Assembly (NCBI GenBank): GCA_934140575.1
Contig: CAKPBJ010000001.1
Coordinates: 68,905-132,904, forward strand
Direction of reading: 5' to 3'
Source of the DNA: an uncultured Bacilli bacterium
GTDB taxonomy: Bacteria; Bacillota_I; Bacilli_A; RF39; UBA660
DNA length: 64,000 nt
This document shows positions 20,025-30,122 of the stretch, piece by piece (position 1 is the first letter of the stretch; the number at the start of each line of letters is the position of its first letter). Under the pieces are notes generated by a model. The model searched no databases. It was not told the origin of the DNA and saw only the letters and a program-made list of their open reading frames with translations. Both the position numbers and the translations under genes were made by a program.

Positions 20025-21770
20025 TTATCTTATTTTTATATGTGTTTCTCTAAGTTGTAGTTCTGTTACGTTTCCTGGGGCATTCATTAAGAGGTCTGCT
20101 CCTCCTGCTGTCATTGGGAAAGCTATTGTTTCACGAATTGATTCTTCATCTAGTAAAAGCATTAGCATTCTATCAATTCCAGGGGCCATTCCTGCATGTG
20201 GAGGTGCACCATATTTGAATGCTTCGTATAAAGCTTTAAATCTATTTTCCAAGTCTTCTTCACTATACCCTGCAATACTGAAAGCTTTTCTCATTATATC
20301 TAAATCATGGTTTCTTACTGCTCCGCTTGCCATTTCAATGCCATTACATACAAAGTCAAATTGGTATGCTAAAACATCTTCTGGTTTTTTGTTATTTAGG
20401 GCATCCATTCCACCTTGTGGCATACTGAATGGATTATGAGTAAATATGTATTGATCATCTTCTTCACTCCATTCAAACATTGGAAAATCTTTTACTATGC
20501 AGAATTTAAATTCATCTTTATCAATTAAATCTAGTCTACGTCCTAATTCATTTCTTATTTCACCTGCGTATTTATAAGCATTATTTCTATCAGCTATAAA
20601 AAATATTACACAGTTAGGTTTAAGATTTGCTACTTTTATTAAATCTTCTCTTTCATCTTCACTTAAGAATTTATCGATTGGTCCGACAAAAGACATATCT
20701 TCATTTACTTTAAAGTATCCAATACCTGCACTCATTCCGATACTTTTTGCATACTCACCTAAATCATTAAACCAAGAGTTTGACTTATCTGCGATGTCTT
20801 CTACAACAATTCCTTTTACTGTAACTCCTCTAAATGGACGGAATGTTGTTTCTTCAAATACATCTGTTAAATCTACTAATTCAAGTGGGTTTCTTAAATC
20901 TGGTTTATCTGTACCAAATCTTTCCATTGACTCTTTATAACTTAATCTTATAAATGGTTTTTCACTTACTTTTTTACCTTTTCCAAATTCTTTAAATGTT
21001 TCATAGAATATTTTTTCTCCCATTGCTAGGACTTCTTCTTCACCTACAAAACTCATTTCATAATCTAATTGATAGAATTCTCCATATACTCTATCACTTC
21101 TTGCATCTTCATCTCTAAAGCATGGTGCTATTTGAAAGTATTTATCGAAGCCACTACACATTAATAATTGTTTAAATTGTTGTGGGGCTTGTGGCAAGGC
21201 ATAGAACTTTCCATGAAATTTACGGCTTGGTACTATAAAGTCTCTTGCTCCTTCTGGAGATGAGGCTGTTAATATTGGTGTTTGTAATTCTAGGAAGTCT
21301 TGTTCTTTCATTATTTTTCTTAAGAAGTCGATTACTTTACTTCTAAAAATTATGTTTTCTTTTACTTTTGGATTTCTTAAATCTAAGTATCTGTATTTTA
21401 ATCTTACATCTTCTGATACTTCTTTTGATGTCATAACTTCGAATGGTAAAACATTATTTGCTTTTCCTAATACTTCTAAATCACTTACAAGTAATTCTAT
21501 TGTACCTGTTGATATTCTTTCATTATAATCTTCTTCTGCTCTTTTTCTTATTATACCTTGAATAGTTATACTTGATTCTCTTGTTATTCCATCAAATATA
21601 GAATCATCATTTGATACTACTTGAATTACTCCAGTGTTATCACGAATATCTACAAAGATAACACCTCCATGATCTCTTATATTTTCAACGAATCCTGCAA
21701 CTCTTACTTCACTATCTATATCACTTTCACTTAGTTTACCACAGTAATGTGTTCTATATCTTTTATCCAT
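20025..21770 (-). CDS. aspS: aspartyl-tRNA synthetase (likely non-discriminating, given gatCAB operon and Asn-type T-box)
   Basis: 581 aa class II aaRS; N-terminal OB fold MDKRYRTHYCG, motif 2 FRDEDARSDR. Confidence 0.9.
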   Translation of the reverse strand: MDKRYRTHYCGKLSESDIDSEVRVAGFVENIRDHGGVIFVDIRDNTGVIQVVSNDDSIFDGITRESSITIQGIIRKRAEEDYNERISTGTIELLVSDLEVLGKANNVLPFEVMTSKEVSEDVRLKYRYLDLRNPKVKENIIFRSKVIDFLRKIMKEQDFLELQTPILTASSPEGARDFIVPSRKFHGKFYALPQAPQQFKQLLMCSGFDKYFQIAPCFRDEDARSDRVYGEFYQLDYEMSFVGEEEVLAMGEKIFYETFKEFGKGKKVSEKPFIRLSYKESMERFGTDKPDLRNPLELVDLTDVFEETTFRPFRGVTVKGIVVEDIADKSNSWFNDLGEYAKSIGMSAGIGYFKVNEDMSFVGPIDKFLSEDEREDLIKVANLKPNCVIFFIADRNNAYKYAGEIRNELGRRLDLIDKDEFKFCIVKDFPMFEWSEEDDQYIFTHNPFSMPQGGMDALNNKKPEDVLAYQFDFVCNGIEMASGAVRNHDLDIMRKAFSIAGYSEEDLENRFKALYEAFKYGAPPHAGMAPGIDRMLMLLLDEESIRETIAFPMTAGGADLLMNAPGNVTELQLRETHIKIR

Positions 21771-23200
21771 TACTTACATCTCCTTTCTAATTCTTCTGTT
21801 ATTAATTCGCGTGATTTATTTGGGTTTGCTTGTCTATTACTTTTTTTCATTACTTGTCCTACAAAGAAGTTTATTGCGGATTTGTTTCCTTCTTCTACGT
21901 ATTGTCTTACTACTTCTTTGTTTTCTTCCATACATTCATTAATTAAACTTAAAAGTTTATCTGAATCATTTATTTGGACTAAGCTTTCTTTCTTTATTAA
22001 TTCATTTGGATCTATTTTTTCATCTATTGCTTTATAAAGTAATTTTTTAGCGGCATCTAAACTCATTTTTCCTTCATTTACATAGTTTATTACTCCACTT
22101 AACATTTTAGGGGTAATAAATAATTCATTTATCTTTATTTCTAATTTATTTAGTGTACTTAAAATTGCGGTTGTGGTGAAGTTAACTGTTAGAGCTACAT
22201 CACTACCATAACTTATTACTTCTTCAAAGTAATCAGATAGACTTCTTTCTTTTGAAAGGATTGCTGCATCATATTCACTTATTCCTAATTTTTCAATATA
22301 TTTAAAATATCTATCTAATTTTAATTCTGGTAATTCGCTTTTTAATTCATATAATAAGTCATCTGTTACTGGAGTACTTGGAATATTTGGTTCAATAAAA
22401 TATTTGTAGTCTACTGCATCTACTTTTGCTCTCATTGAATAAGTTTTTCCATCTTCTGCGATACGACGAGTTTCTTGAATTACTTTTTCACCTTTATTTA
22501 GTATTTCACTTTGTCTTTTTATTTCATATTCAATTGCGGCTCTTACATTATTAAATGCATTTATATTTTTCATTTCTACTTTTGTACCTAGTTCTGTATC
22601 TGTTTCTTTCATAAGAGAGATATTAACGTCACATCTCATTTGACCATAGTTACTTTTTGCTTCACTTACTCCAAGATATAAGAATACATCTCTTAAGTCT
22701 TCTAGGAATGTTACGGCTTCATCAGCACTTTCCATACAAGGTTCTGTTACTATTTCCATTAATGGTATACCACTTCTATTGTAGTCAATTAGAGAGTACT
22801 TTGGATAATGTTCTAAAGATGCTGTATCTTCTTCTAGATGTAAATCATGAATATCTACTCTTTTTACATGATTATTTACTAAGATATCTAAGTATCCATT
22901 TATTCCCATCGGTTTTGTATTTTGTGTTATTTGATAACCTTTTGGTAGGTCTGGATAGTAATAGTTTTTTCTGTCAAATATTACTTCATCTGGTGTTTTA
23001 CAATGTAGTGCCATTGCAGTTAATAGAGCACGACGGGCTGCTTCTTTGTTGGCAACTGGTAATATTCCAGGTAATCCTAAGTCAACTGTTCCGACATTTA
23101 TATTGTGGGATTCAGTAAACATATTAGGAGCTGGTGAAAAGTTTTTTGATTTTGTTTCTAGTTCACAATGAACTTCAAGTCCGATTACTACTTTATACAT
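21770..23200 (-). CDS. gatB: Asp-tRNA(Asn)/Glu-tRNA(Gln) amidotransferase subunit B
   Basis: MYKVVIGLEVHCEL... canonical GatB N-terminus, 476 aa. Confidence 0.9.
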   Translation of the reverse strand: MYKVVIGLEVHCELETKSKNFSPAPNMFTESHNINVGTVDLGLPGILPVANKEAARRALLTAMALHCKTPDEVIFDRKNYYYPDLPKGYQITQNTKPMGINGYLDILVNNHVKRVDIHDLHLEEDTASLEHYPKYSLIDYNRSGIPLMEIVTEPCMESADEAVTFLEDLRDVFLYLGVSEAKSNYGQMRCDVNISLMKETDTELGTKVEMKNINAFNNVRAAIEYEIKRQSEILNKGEKVIQETRRIAEDGKTYSMRAKVDAVDYKYFIEPNIPSTPVTDDLLYELKSELPELKLDRYFKYIEKLGISEYDAAILSKERSLSDYFEEVISYGSDVALTVNFTTTAILSTLNKLEIKINELFITPKMLSGVINYVNEGKMSLDAAKKLLYKAIDEKIDPNELIKKESLVQINDSDKLLSLINECMEENKEVVRQYVEEGNKSAINFFVGQVMKKSNRQANPNKSRELITEELERRCK

Positions 23201-24662
23201 CTATATCACCTACTTTACTATAAATATCTCTTAGTCCTGTTACTTTTTCTACATAGTTTGCCATGTTTAGTACTACATCATCTTCTTTTACTCTTCCTGT
23301 GATATTAAGTCCTACTGGCATATCATTAATCATTGTATATGGAAGTGTAATTGATGGAAATCCACCAAAGTTTCCTATTGCTAGATGGTTTTCTAGAATT
23401 AAATATCTATCACTTAGTTGTTCACTACTACTATCAAAGCTTTGAGCTGGTCCTCCACTACATGGAGCAATCATTCCGTCATATTCTTTAAAGAACTCAT
23501 TCATTTTATCTACTATCATATGTCTTACTCTTTGGGCATTTAAGAATAATTTTTCTTGATTTTCTTTTTGTAAAATATAACTTCCTAAGATGAAACGTCT
23601 TTTTATTAATTCAGAGAAACCTTTTGTTCTTGCATCAAACATTATTTCTTCTACACTTTGTCCTTCTCCACGAGGTCCAAATTGGATTCCTGTTAGGTTT
23701 GAGTTGTTTGATGTTGCTTCGGCACAACTTATACACATATATGTTGGATATATTGCTTCTAATAATTTTTTATCCATTGATACTTCTTCAATAATGAAGC
23801 CTTGGCTTCTTAACTTATCTAGTGTTTCATGAAAGCTTTCTAGTGTTTTTGTTAATGTTTCATCTGAGGTATCTTTGTATGTGTCAAGTCCACATATTTC
23901 TTTTATATAGAATAATTTTTTACCTTTAATATCATTATCTATTAAATCTGCATATGTTTTTTTATCATCATTTAATGTTACCATATCATTTATGTCTTTA
24001 CCTTTTAAGACATCTGTTATTATTGCGGCATCTCGAACGTTTCTTGAAAACATTGCGACATGGTCTAGACTTGATGCGAAAGCAAATAATCCATATCTTG
24101 AAATTCTTCCATATGTTGGTTTAAATCCAACTAGCCCTCCATGTGATGCTGGTTTTCTAACGCTATCACCTGTATCACTTCCGATTGAGAATGGTACTAT
24201 TCCTAAAGCTACGCTCGATGCACTTCCGGCAGATGATCCTCCAATCATGCAATCTTTGTTCCATGGGTTTCTTACAATTCCTGTGTGTCCTGTTGTTCCT
24301 GTTCCACCCATTGCAAGTTCATCTAGTACTGTCTTACCTACTAGCACGGCACCGGCTTTTTTTAATTTCTTATAAACTGTTGCGTCATATACGGGAATAT
24401 AATCTTTTAATATGTTAGATGAGGCTGTTGTTAAGATTCCACTTGTTGAAAAGTTATCTTTTAGAGCATATGGAATTCCATTTAATAGACTATTTCTATC
24501 CTTATATTTAAATTTATCTATGATTGTTACAAATGAATTGTAATCTTGTTGGAAATAGTGAGCTAATCTATTAGCACTATTAAATAATTCTTCTGGGGTT
24601 ACTTCACCTTTATCTAACATACTTCTAAGTTCTTCTATACTTTTTCCTCTATACATCTTCAT
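23193..24662 (-). CDS. gatA: Asp-tRNA(Asn)/Glu-tRNA(Gln) amidotransferase subunit A
   Basis: amidase signature GGSSAGSASSVA; start probably at internal Met (MKMYRGKSIEEL) overlapping gatC end. Confidence 0.9.
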   Translation of the reverse strand: MKMYRGKSIEELRSMLDKGEVTPEELFNSANRLAHYFQQDYNSFVTIIDKFKYKDRNSLLNGIPYALKDNFSTSGILTTASSNILKDYIPVYDATVYKKLKKAGAVLVGKTVLDELAMGGTGTTGHTGIVRNPWNKDCMIGGSSAGSASSVALGIVPFSIGSDTGDSVRKPASHGGLVGFKPTYGRISRYGLFAFASSLDHVAMFSRNVRDAAIITDVLKGKDINDMVTLNDDKKTYADLIDNDIKGKKLFYIKEICGLDTYKDTSDETLTKTLESFHETLDKLRSQGFIIEEVSMDKKLLEAIYPTYMCISCAEATSNNSNLTGIQFGPRGEGQSVEEIMFDARTKGFSELIKRRFILGSYILQKENQEKLFLNAQRVRHMIVDKMNEFFKEYDGMIAPCSGGPAQSFDSSSEQLSDRYLILENHLAIGNFGGFPSITLPYTMINDMPVGLNITGRVKEDDVVLNMANYVEKVTGLRDIYSKVGDIDV

Positions 24663-24948
24663 CCACCACCTTTGGTACTTTAACTTGATCATTTACTTGA
24701 TGTTTTGTATTTTCTAATACTTCTGATACTGTTAAATAATCTCCTATTTCATCTTCTCTTAATTCTACATCTGTATTTTTATATGGAAATGTCATTGGAC
24801 TAACTTTTTCTATATCCTTAATTTTTCCAATTAAGTCCATTTGTTTTAGTATAACTTCAAACTCATCTTGAAGTACTGAGTATTCTTCATCATCCATATC
24901 AAACATTAATTTATTGGCATATTCTTTTAATTTTTCTTTTTCTATCAT
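24649..24948 (-). CDS. gatC: Asp-tRNA(Asn)/Glu-tRNA(Gln) amidotransferase subunit C
   Basis: 99 aa, position and sequence pattern of GatC, RBS AGGAGGGATATAATG. Confidence 0.8.
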   Translation of the reverse strand: MIEKEKLKEYANKLMFDMDDEEYSVLQDEFEVILKQMDLIGKIKDIEKVSPMTFPYKNTDVELREDEIGDYLTVSEVLENTKHQVNDQVKVPKVVDEDV

Positions 24949-24964
24949 TATATCCCTCCTATAA

Positions 24965-25245
24965 TATAAAAAAACACTAGTCCTTATCTCCTACTACATT
25001 ATTAAATATAGTAAGGGACGAAGACTAGTGTTTCCGCGGTACCACCCTTATTATTATAAATCTCTTTATAATCACTTTCGGTTCAATCAAACCTAAGCAT
25101 AAATAACGGTATGCTACCGACTTATTCTACTAAATTTCTTTAAGTACTCAGAAGTGTTCGTTCATATTGTTTCTTTATTAGGTTCCACCAAACCCTAACT
25201 CTCTATAAAAGAAAATAATATTACTTTTCTTCTTCAGCGATTTCT
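24965..25245 (-). promoter_or_regulatory. T-box riboswitch leader (probable Asn specifier) with intrinsic terminator, controlling gatCAB-aspS
   Basis: minus-strand T-box sequence TAAGGGTGGTACCGCG (revcomp of 25035-25050); terminator ACACTAGTC...GACTAGTGTTTTTTT at 24973-25030; candidate specifier GAACGAACA (AAC) in stem I region. Confidence 0.7.
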
Positions 25246-25258
25246 AATTAAGAATACA

Positions 25259-25684
25259 CTATTTGTTACGTTTTGTCAATTGTTTAGGTTTTGATTTTCG
25301 TGTATCCATTTTTTCTACATTTGTCATATCATAGAATTCTCTTATAAATATTAGTTCTTCTCTTAGTGCACGACTATATTTATTTTTTATTAATTCATCT
25401 ATATTACAATCAATTAAGTCTTGTAGATTTAATATTTTATTTTGTCTTAAGAATTCTATTTGATCATCAGGTAATATATTAAGTTTTCTAAACATTTTAA
25501 GATTAAATTTTTCATTTAGTGTTAATTTTTCTTGATCTTTTTTTGTTTTAATTTCTGAATCAATATCTTCTATTAATTCATCAAGGCTTTGGTATCCTTT
25601 GATTATTTCCTTTAATTTTTCTAAATCTTTACGATTTATTTTTTTTAATATTTCATTTTTCATAGTTACCCCCATAAAGTACAC
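25259..25684 (-). CDS. hypothetical protein (possible helix-hairpin-helix segment)
   Basis: 141-aa ORF, charged, no confident domain. Confidence 0.3.
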   Translation of the reverse strand: MYFMGVTMKNEILKKINRKDLEKLKEIIKGYQSLDELIEDIDSEIKTKKDQEKLTLNEKFNLKMFRKLNILPDDQIEFLRQNKILNLQDLIDCNIDELIKNKYSRALREELIFIREFYDMTNVEKMDTRKSKPKQLTKRNK

Positions 25685-25982
25685 ATATTATATCATATTT
25701 ATTGTGTTTTTAATAGAAAAATTTTAAAATATATTAACATTTAATGATAATGTCATATTTTTTAGGGACTTTATATTAGTAGATGATGGTTTACTTAAAT
25801 AAGAATTGTTTTTATTTGTTAATAATAGCTTTTGCTTTTTCACATTTTTATTTAATTTAAGTATATATAGTTATCCGCTATTTTTTTGAAATTTAATAGT
25901 TTATTTTTTTATGTTTGAGGAGAAAAAAATAAGAGTTTTTATTTTCTCTTATTTTATATTATATTTAATATTTTTATAATTA

Positions 25983-27332
25983 TTAATAATTATAATCTAA
26001 ATCATAATCACTGTCATAATTTAGTGAAGTATCATTTGTGTAGCCTTCTATTAAATCACCTAAATCATATCCTAAATCACTTATTAATTCTTGGTATGCC
26101 TTATTATTTTTTAAATTATTATATATTGTAGTTCCAACATCAGGAGTTAGTTCTTTATATTTAATTGAGTCTGTTGGTTTGTCTATTTTAAATGTTTTAT
26201 TATATTCATAAGAATATTTTACATTAAATGATAGAGTTGTTTTATCTTCAGTAACTGCTATATTATAATTATTATTTTCTAAGTCAGATAACTCATATGT
26301 TGCTTCTCCATAAATCATTTTAAGTTTTACAAACTTATTAAATAATCCTTTGGTATATATTGATATACTTATATTTTCATCATTTAGTACGGATGCATCT
26401 TTATCAATATTATTAAGTGATTTTTTTATTTTACTTTTACTTTCATTAAATACTTTTGATGCTGCTTCAAGATATTCATCATCTTTCTTTAAAATATTTT
26501 GAACACTTTCAGTAATATCTTTTATATTAGTATCTGTTAATTTCATTGTATAAACTTTAGAATTTATAGTTTTTCCATTTAATTTTATTTTTTCTTTTGA
26601 TTTTTTAAAATATTCTTTTTTTAATGATTTATTAAATGCTTTTGTTGTTTTTTCTATTACAATTTCTGTATTTTTATCTCCTGCTTTCTTAAATACATCA
26701 GATAATGAATTATCATCATATTCTATTGCTTTTGGATATATGTTTCCTAGTGATATATACATTTTTTTATCTTTATATATTGTATCTATATCTATTAAAT
26801 TATTTTTATTATAGTTTGCAGTTACTTTATAATCTAATTTTTTGTTTTTATAATCTGTTTTAGTTTCTATTTTTAAATTTACTTTATTTATAATATTTTC
26901 TAAATCTTTATTTCCTGTATTAGATATTTTTGGTGTTACTTCTGCATTTGCTATTACTGAATCATATTTTCCTGATAAACCATCTGAAAGTGTTTCACTT
27001 AGTTTATTTGTATTTGATCTAAATATTGAAATTGCAGATGGATTAACTACAATAAATAATACTATTAATGATATTAATACTAATAGTGATATAACTATTA
27101 TAATTGGTAGTTTTTTATTTTTACTGTTTATTTCTTCTCCTTTTTCAATATTTTGATTTATATTTTGCCCTTCTAGTTGTGTATTATTTGTATTTTGAAC
27201 TGGTACTGATTCATTGCTTATATTTTGACTATTAATTTGATTTTGTTGATTATCAGTGTCTAATTGTTCTCCACACATAGCACAAATTTTACTTTCTTCT
27301 TTATTTTGTGCATTACATTTTCTACATATCAT
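25983..27332 (-). CDS. zinc-ribbon-containing single-pass membrane protein, large extracellular domain
   Basis: N-terminal CRKC...CAMC zinc ribbon, one TM helix, then ~300 aa extracytoplasmic region. Confidence 0.35.
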   Translation of the reverse strand: MICRKCNAQNKEESKICAMCGEQLDTDNQQNQINSQNISNESVPVQNTNNTQLEGQNINQNIEKGEEINSKNKKLPIIIVISLLVLISLIVLFIVVNPSAISIFRSNTNKLSETLSDGLSGKYDSVIANAEVTPKISNTGNKDLENIINKVNLKIETKTDYKNKKLDYKVTANYNKNNLIDIDTIYKDKKMYISLGNIYPKAIEYDDNSLSDVFKKAGDKNTEIVIEKTTKAFNKSLKKEYFKKSKEKIKLNGKTINSKVYTMKLTDTNIKDITESVQNILKKDDEYLEAASKVFNESKSKIKKSLNNIDKDASVLNDENISISIYTKGLFNKFVKLKMIYGEATYELSDLENNNYNIAVTEDKTTLSFNVKYSYEYNKTFKIDKPTDSIKYKELTPDVGTTIYNNLKNNKAYQELISDLGYDLGDLIEGYTNDTSLNYDSDYDLDYNY

Positions 27333-27444
27333 TCTCTCTTCCTCCTACTATATTTTTATTATATCATGCTGTTTTGTATATTGTAAATTGAATTTCATTT
27401 TAGTATAATATGCTTAGTTTAATATAGTATAAAGAAGGTTTTTT

Positions 27445-28056
27445 ATGAAGTTTGATTTTAGTAGTATACAATTTGATTATAATTCAAAAGTTATTATTAC
27501 TTATTTAATTTTATCTTTAATTGCTTGGTTTCTTAATTTAATTAGTCACGGAAAAACAAACAAGTTATTATTTGAAAATTATAGGTCTTCTTGGCTTAAT
27601 CCATTGACTTATGTAAGACTTTTTACTCATAGTATAGGTCATGAGAATTGGGATCATTTAGTTGGCAATTTTTTATATATATTGTTAGTTGGTCCTATGA
27701 TTGAGGAAAAGTATGGAAGTATGAATTTACTTATAATGTTACTTATTACTTCTCTTGTAATTGCACTTTACAATATTATATTTACTAATTGTAGTATTTT
27801 AGGTGCAAGTGGTAATGTTTATATGTTGATTGTTTTAAGTTCTTTTGCGAATATTAGTGATGGTAAAATACCTATAACTGTTTTATTAATATTTATTTTT
27901 TATATAATTAGTGAGGTTAAGAAGAAAGTATTAAGTGGTAGAAAGGATAAAACATATCACGATGGACATTTATTAGGTGCTGTTTGTGGTATTTTATTTG
28001 GAATATTCTTTTTAAATCATAGTAATTTAATTGATGTTGTTAAAATGATAAAATAG
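27445..28056 (+). CDS. rhomboid-family intramembrane serine protease
   Basis: 6-TM protein with GASGNV (GxSG catalytic Ser) and downstream His in HLLGAVCG. Confidence 0.6.
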   Translation: MKFDFSSIQFDYNSKVIITYLILSLIAWFLNLISHGKTNKLLFENYRSSWLNPLTYVRLFTHSIGHENWDHLVGNFLYILLVGPMIEEKYGSMNLLIMLLITSLVIALYNIIFTNCSILGASGNVYMLIVLSSFANISDGKIPITVLLIFIFYIISEVKKKVLSGRKDKTYHDGHLLGAVCGILFGIFFLNHSNLIDVVKMIK

Positions 28057-28071
28057 AGAATTGGTTTTTCT

Positions 28072-29046
28072 CTATTTTTTTGTTTGGATTACTTTTGTAT
28101 ATTGTTTTATAAAGTCTTTTTTATCAGTTTTTGTTTTACTAATGGTATTTATTAAGTAATTAAATAATTCTTCATCTTCAAAATTATAGAAATATCTTAA
28201 TAAGAAGGTTCCATCTGTTTCTAATTCATCTATTAAGTAATCTAAATATTTAATATCAAATTTATTTTCTGATATTGCCTCTATTAAGCTTAAGGTAAAT
28301 TTAACATTATTTAGTATTGTTTCTATATTTAGTGTTGCGTTTGGGTATCTAATTTCAATTAGGCCTTGATTTCTTTTAGCTAAATTTATACCATTTTTTG
28401 TTTTAAATGAATTACTTTTATTTATTATATTCTCAATTGAATCTTTATTAAAATCAATTATTCTTATATTTTTTAATAAACTTATACTCATTTTTGAGGC
28501 ATACTTTTTAGCTGTTTTTCTTTCTTCATACTTGTCTCCCATATAAAATAATGAAATATCTGTTTCAAATAACGTAATTATTTTATATAAAGTCTCAATA
28601 AATATTTTATCTTGTAATTGTTCTTTTATGTCTACTGTTATATGTTCACTGCAATATGATCCTGGGTATGACTTAGTTTCTTTTAATACTTTGCAAATGT
28701 TTTCTACTTCTTTCCAGTCTTTTTGGTTATCTGTCATTATTTTACTTGATAGTTCTCCTCCAAATAATCTTTCTTTAGAGTTTATTGTGACGGATGCATC
28801 TATATCTAAGTACCAACTTTTATAGTCTAAAAGTTTGGATACATGTAATGCATGATTATTTAGAAATTTTATTGGTAATTTTTCTGATACTAGTTCTGAA
28901 TATATTTGATTTAGGTCTTGTTCTTCATTAGCAAATTCTATTTCTAGTCCAAATTTATATTTGTCACTGAAGCCAATTGTTCCTTGTTTCATACTTATCC
29001 CCTTCTTTTGGTTCCATATTATAACATATCCTATTATATAAAACAA
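28072..29046 (-). CDS. hypothetical protein, possibly GS-like amidoligase (Amidoligase_2-type) family
   Basis: N-terminal GLEIEF motif resembling carboxylate-amine ligase nucleotide site; weak. Confidence 0.25.
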   Translation of the reverse strand: MFYIIGYVIIWNQKKGISMKQGTIGFSDKYKFGLEIEFANEEQDLNQIYSELVSEKLPIKFLNNHALHVSKLLDYKSWYLDIDASVTINSKERLFGGELSSKIMTDNQKDWKEVENICKVLKETKSYPGSYCSEHITVDIKEQLQDKIFIETLYKIITLFETDISLFYMGDKYEERKTAKKYASKMSISLLKNIRIIDFNKDSIENIINKSNSFKTKNGINLAKRNQGLIEIRYPNATLNIETILNNVKFTLSLIEAISENKFDIKYLDYLIDELETDGTFLLRYFYNFEDEELFNYLINTISKTKTDKKDFIKQYTKVIQTKK

Positions 29047-29099
29047 ATATAGAAAGAGTCTTTAAATTATGATAGAATATAATGAAGGAAGTGATTAAT

Positions 29100-30104
29100 A
29101 TGAAAAAAACTATATTAACTGGTTTAAGACCTACTGGTAATCTTCATTTGGGTCATTTGTTTGGAGCTGGTCAAAACTATGTTAAATTACAGGATGATTA
29201 TGAGTTCTTTTTAGAGATAGCTGATGTTCAAGCTTTAACTGATAATTTTAATAATCCAGATAAAGTTAGAACTAATGTATATGAAATAACAAAAGATTTA
29301 CTTGCAATCGGACTTGATCCTGAAAAAGTTAATTTCTTTGTTCAATCTAAAATACCTGAAATTGCTGAACTTACTGTTTATTATAGTAATTTAGTAACTG
29401 TTTCTAGACTTCAAAGAAATCCAACTGTAAAAACTGAGATGTCTCAAAAGAAAGAGTTATTTGGTAATTCTGGTGAAAGTATTACTTATGGATTTTTAGG
29501 TTATCCAGTATCTCAAGCTGCTGATATTACTGCATTTAAAGGAGAATTAGTTCCAGTTGGTGAGGATCAATTACCTCTTATTGAACAATGTCGTGAGATT
29601 GTTAGAAAGTTCAATTCAATTTATGGTGAAACTTTAAAAGAACCAGATGCATACCTTTCAGAGAATAAAAGAATAAAGGGACTTGATGGAAATGAAAAGA
29701 TGGGTAAGAGTTTAGGTAATGCGATATTCTTAGTTGATGATGAAGAAACAATTAAGAAAAAAGTTATGGGTGCATTAACTGATACTAATAAGATTAAGAA
29801 AGATGATCCAGCAAATCCTGATGTTTGTATGGTTTATTATTACCATAATCTAGTTAATAAACACGAAAATACTGAAAAAATTTGTTCTGAATGTAAAAAA
29901 GGTTCAAGAGGATGTGTTCAATGTAAGAAAGAATTAATTGAAGCAATGAATAATTTCTTAAGACCTATTCAAGAGCGTAGAAAGATGTATGAAGAAAATC
30001 CAGAACTTGTTCAAAGTATTTTAGATAAAGGTACTGAGAAAGCTCGTGAAAGAGCTAAAGAAGTTATGAGTGAGGTTAAACATTCAATGAAAATAGACTA
30101 TTAA
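29100..30104 (+). CDS. trpS: tryptophanyl-tRNA synthetase with C-terminal Cys-cluster insertion
   Basis: HIGH-type TGNLHLGH and KMGKS motifs; start at second ATG (29100) behind AAGGAAG RBS; C-x18-C-x2-C-x6-C-x2-C segment. Confidence 0.85.
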   Translation: MKKTILTGLRPTGNLHLGHLFGAGQNYVKLQDDYEFFLEIADVQALTDNFNNPDKVRTNVYEITKDLLAIGLDPEKVNFFVQSKIPEIAELTVYYSNLVTVSRLQRNPTVKTEMSQKKELFGNSGESITYGFLGYPVSQAADITAFKGELVPVGEDQLPLIEQCREIVRKFNSIYGETLKEPDAYLSENKRIKGLDGNEKMGKSLGNAIFLVDDEETIKKKVMGALTDTNKIKKDDPANPDVCMVYYYHNLVNKHENTEKICSECKKGSRGCVQCKKELIEAMNNFLRPIQERRKMYEENPELVQSILDKGTEKARERAKEVMSEVKHSMKIDY

Positions 30105-30122
30105 TTAATAATAGCCTATTTT

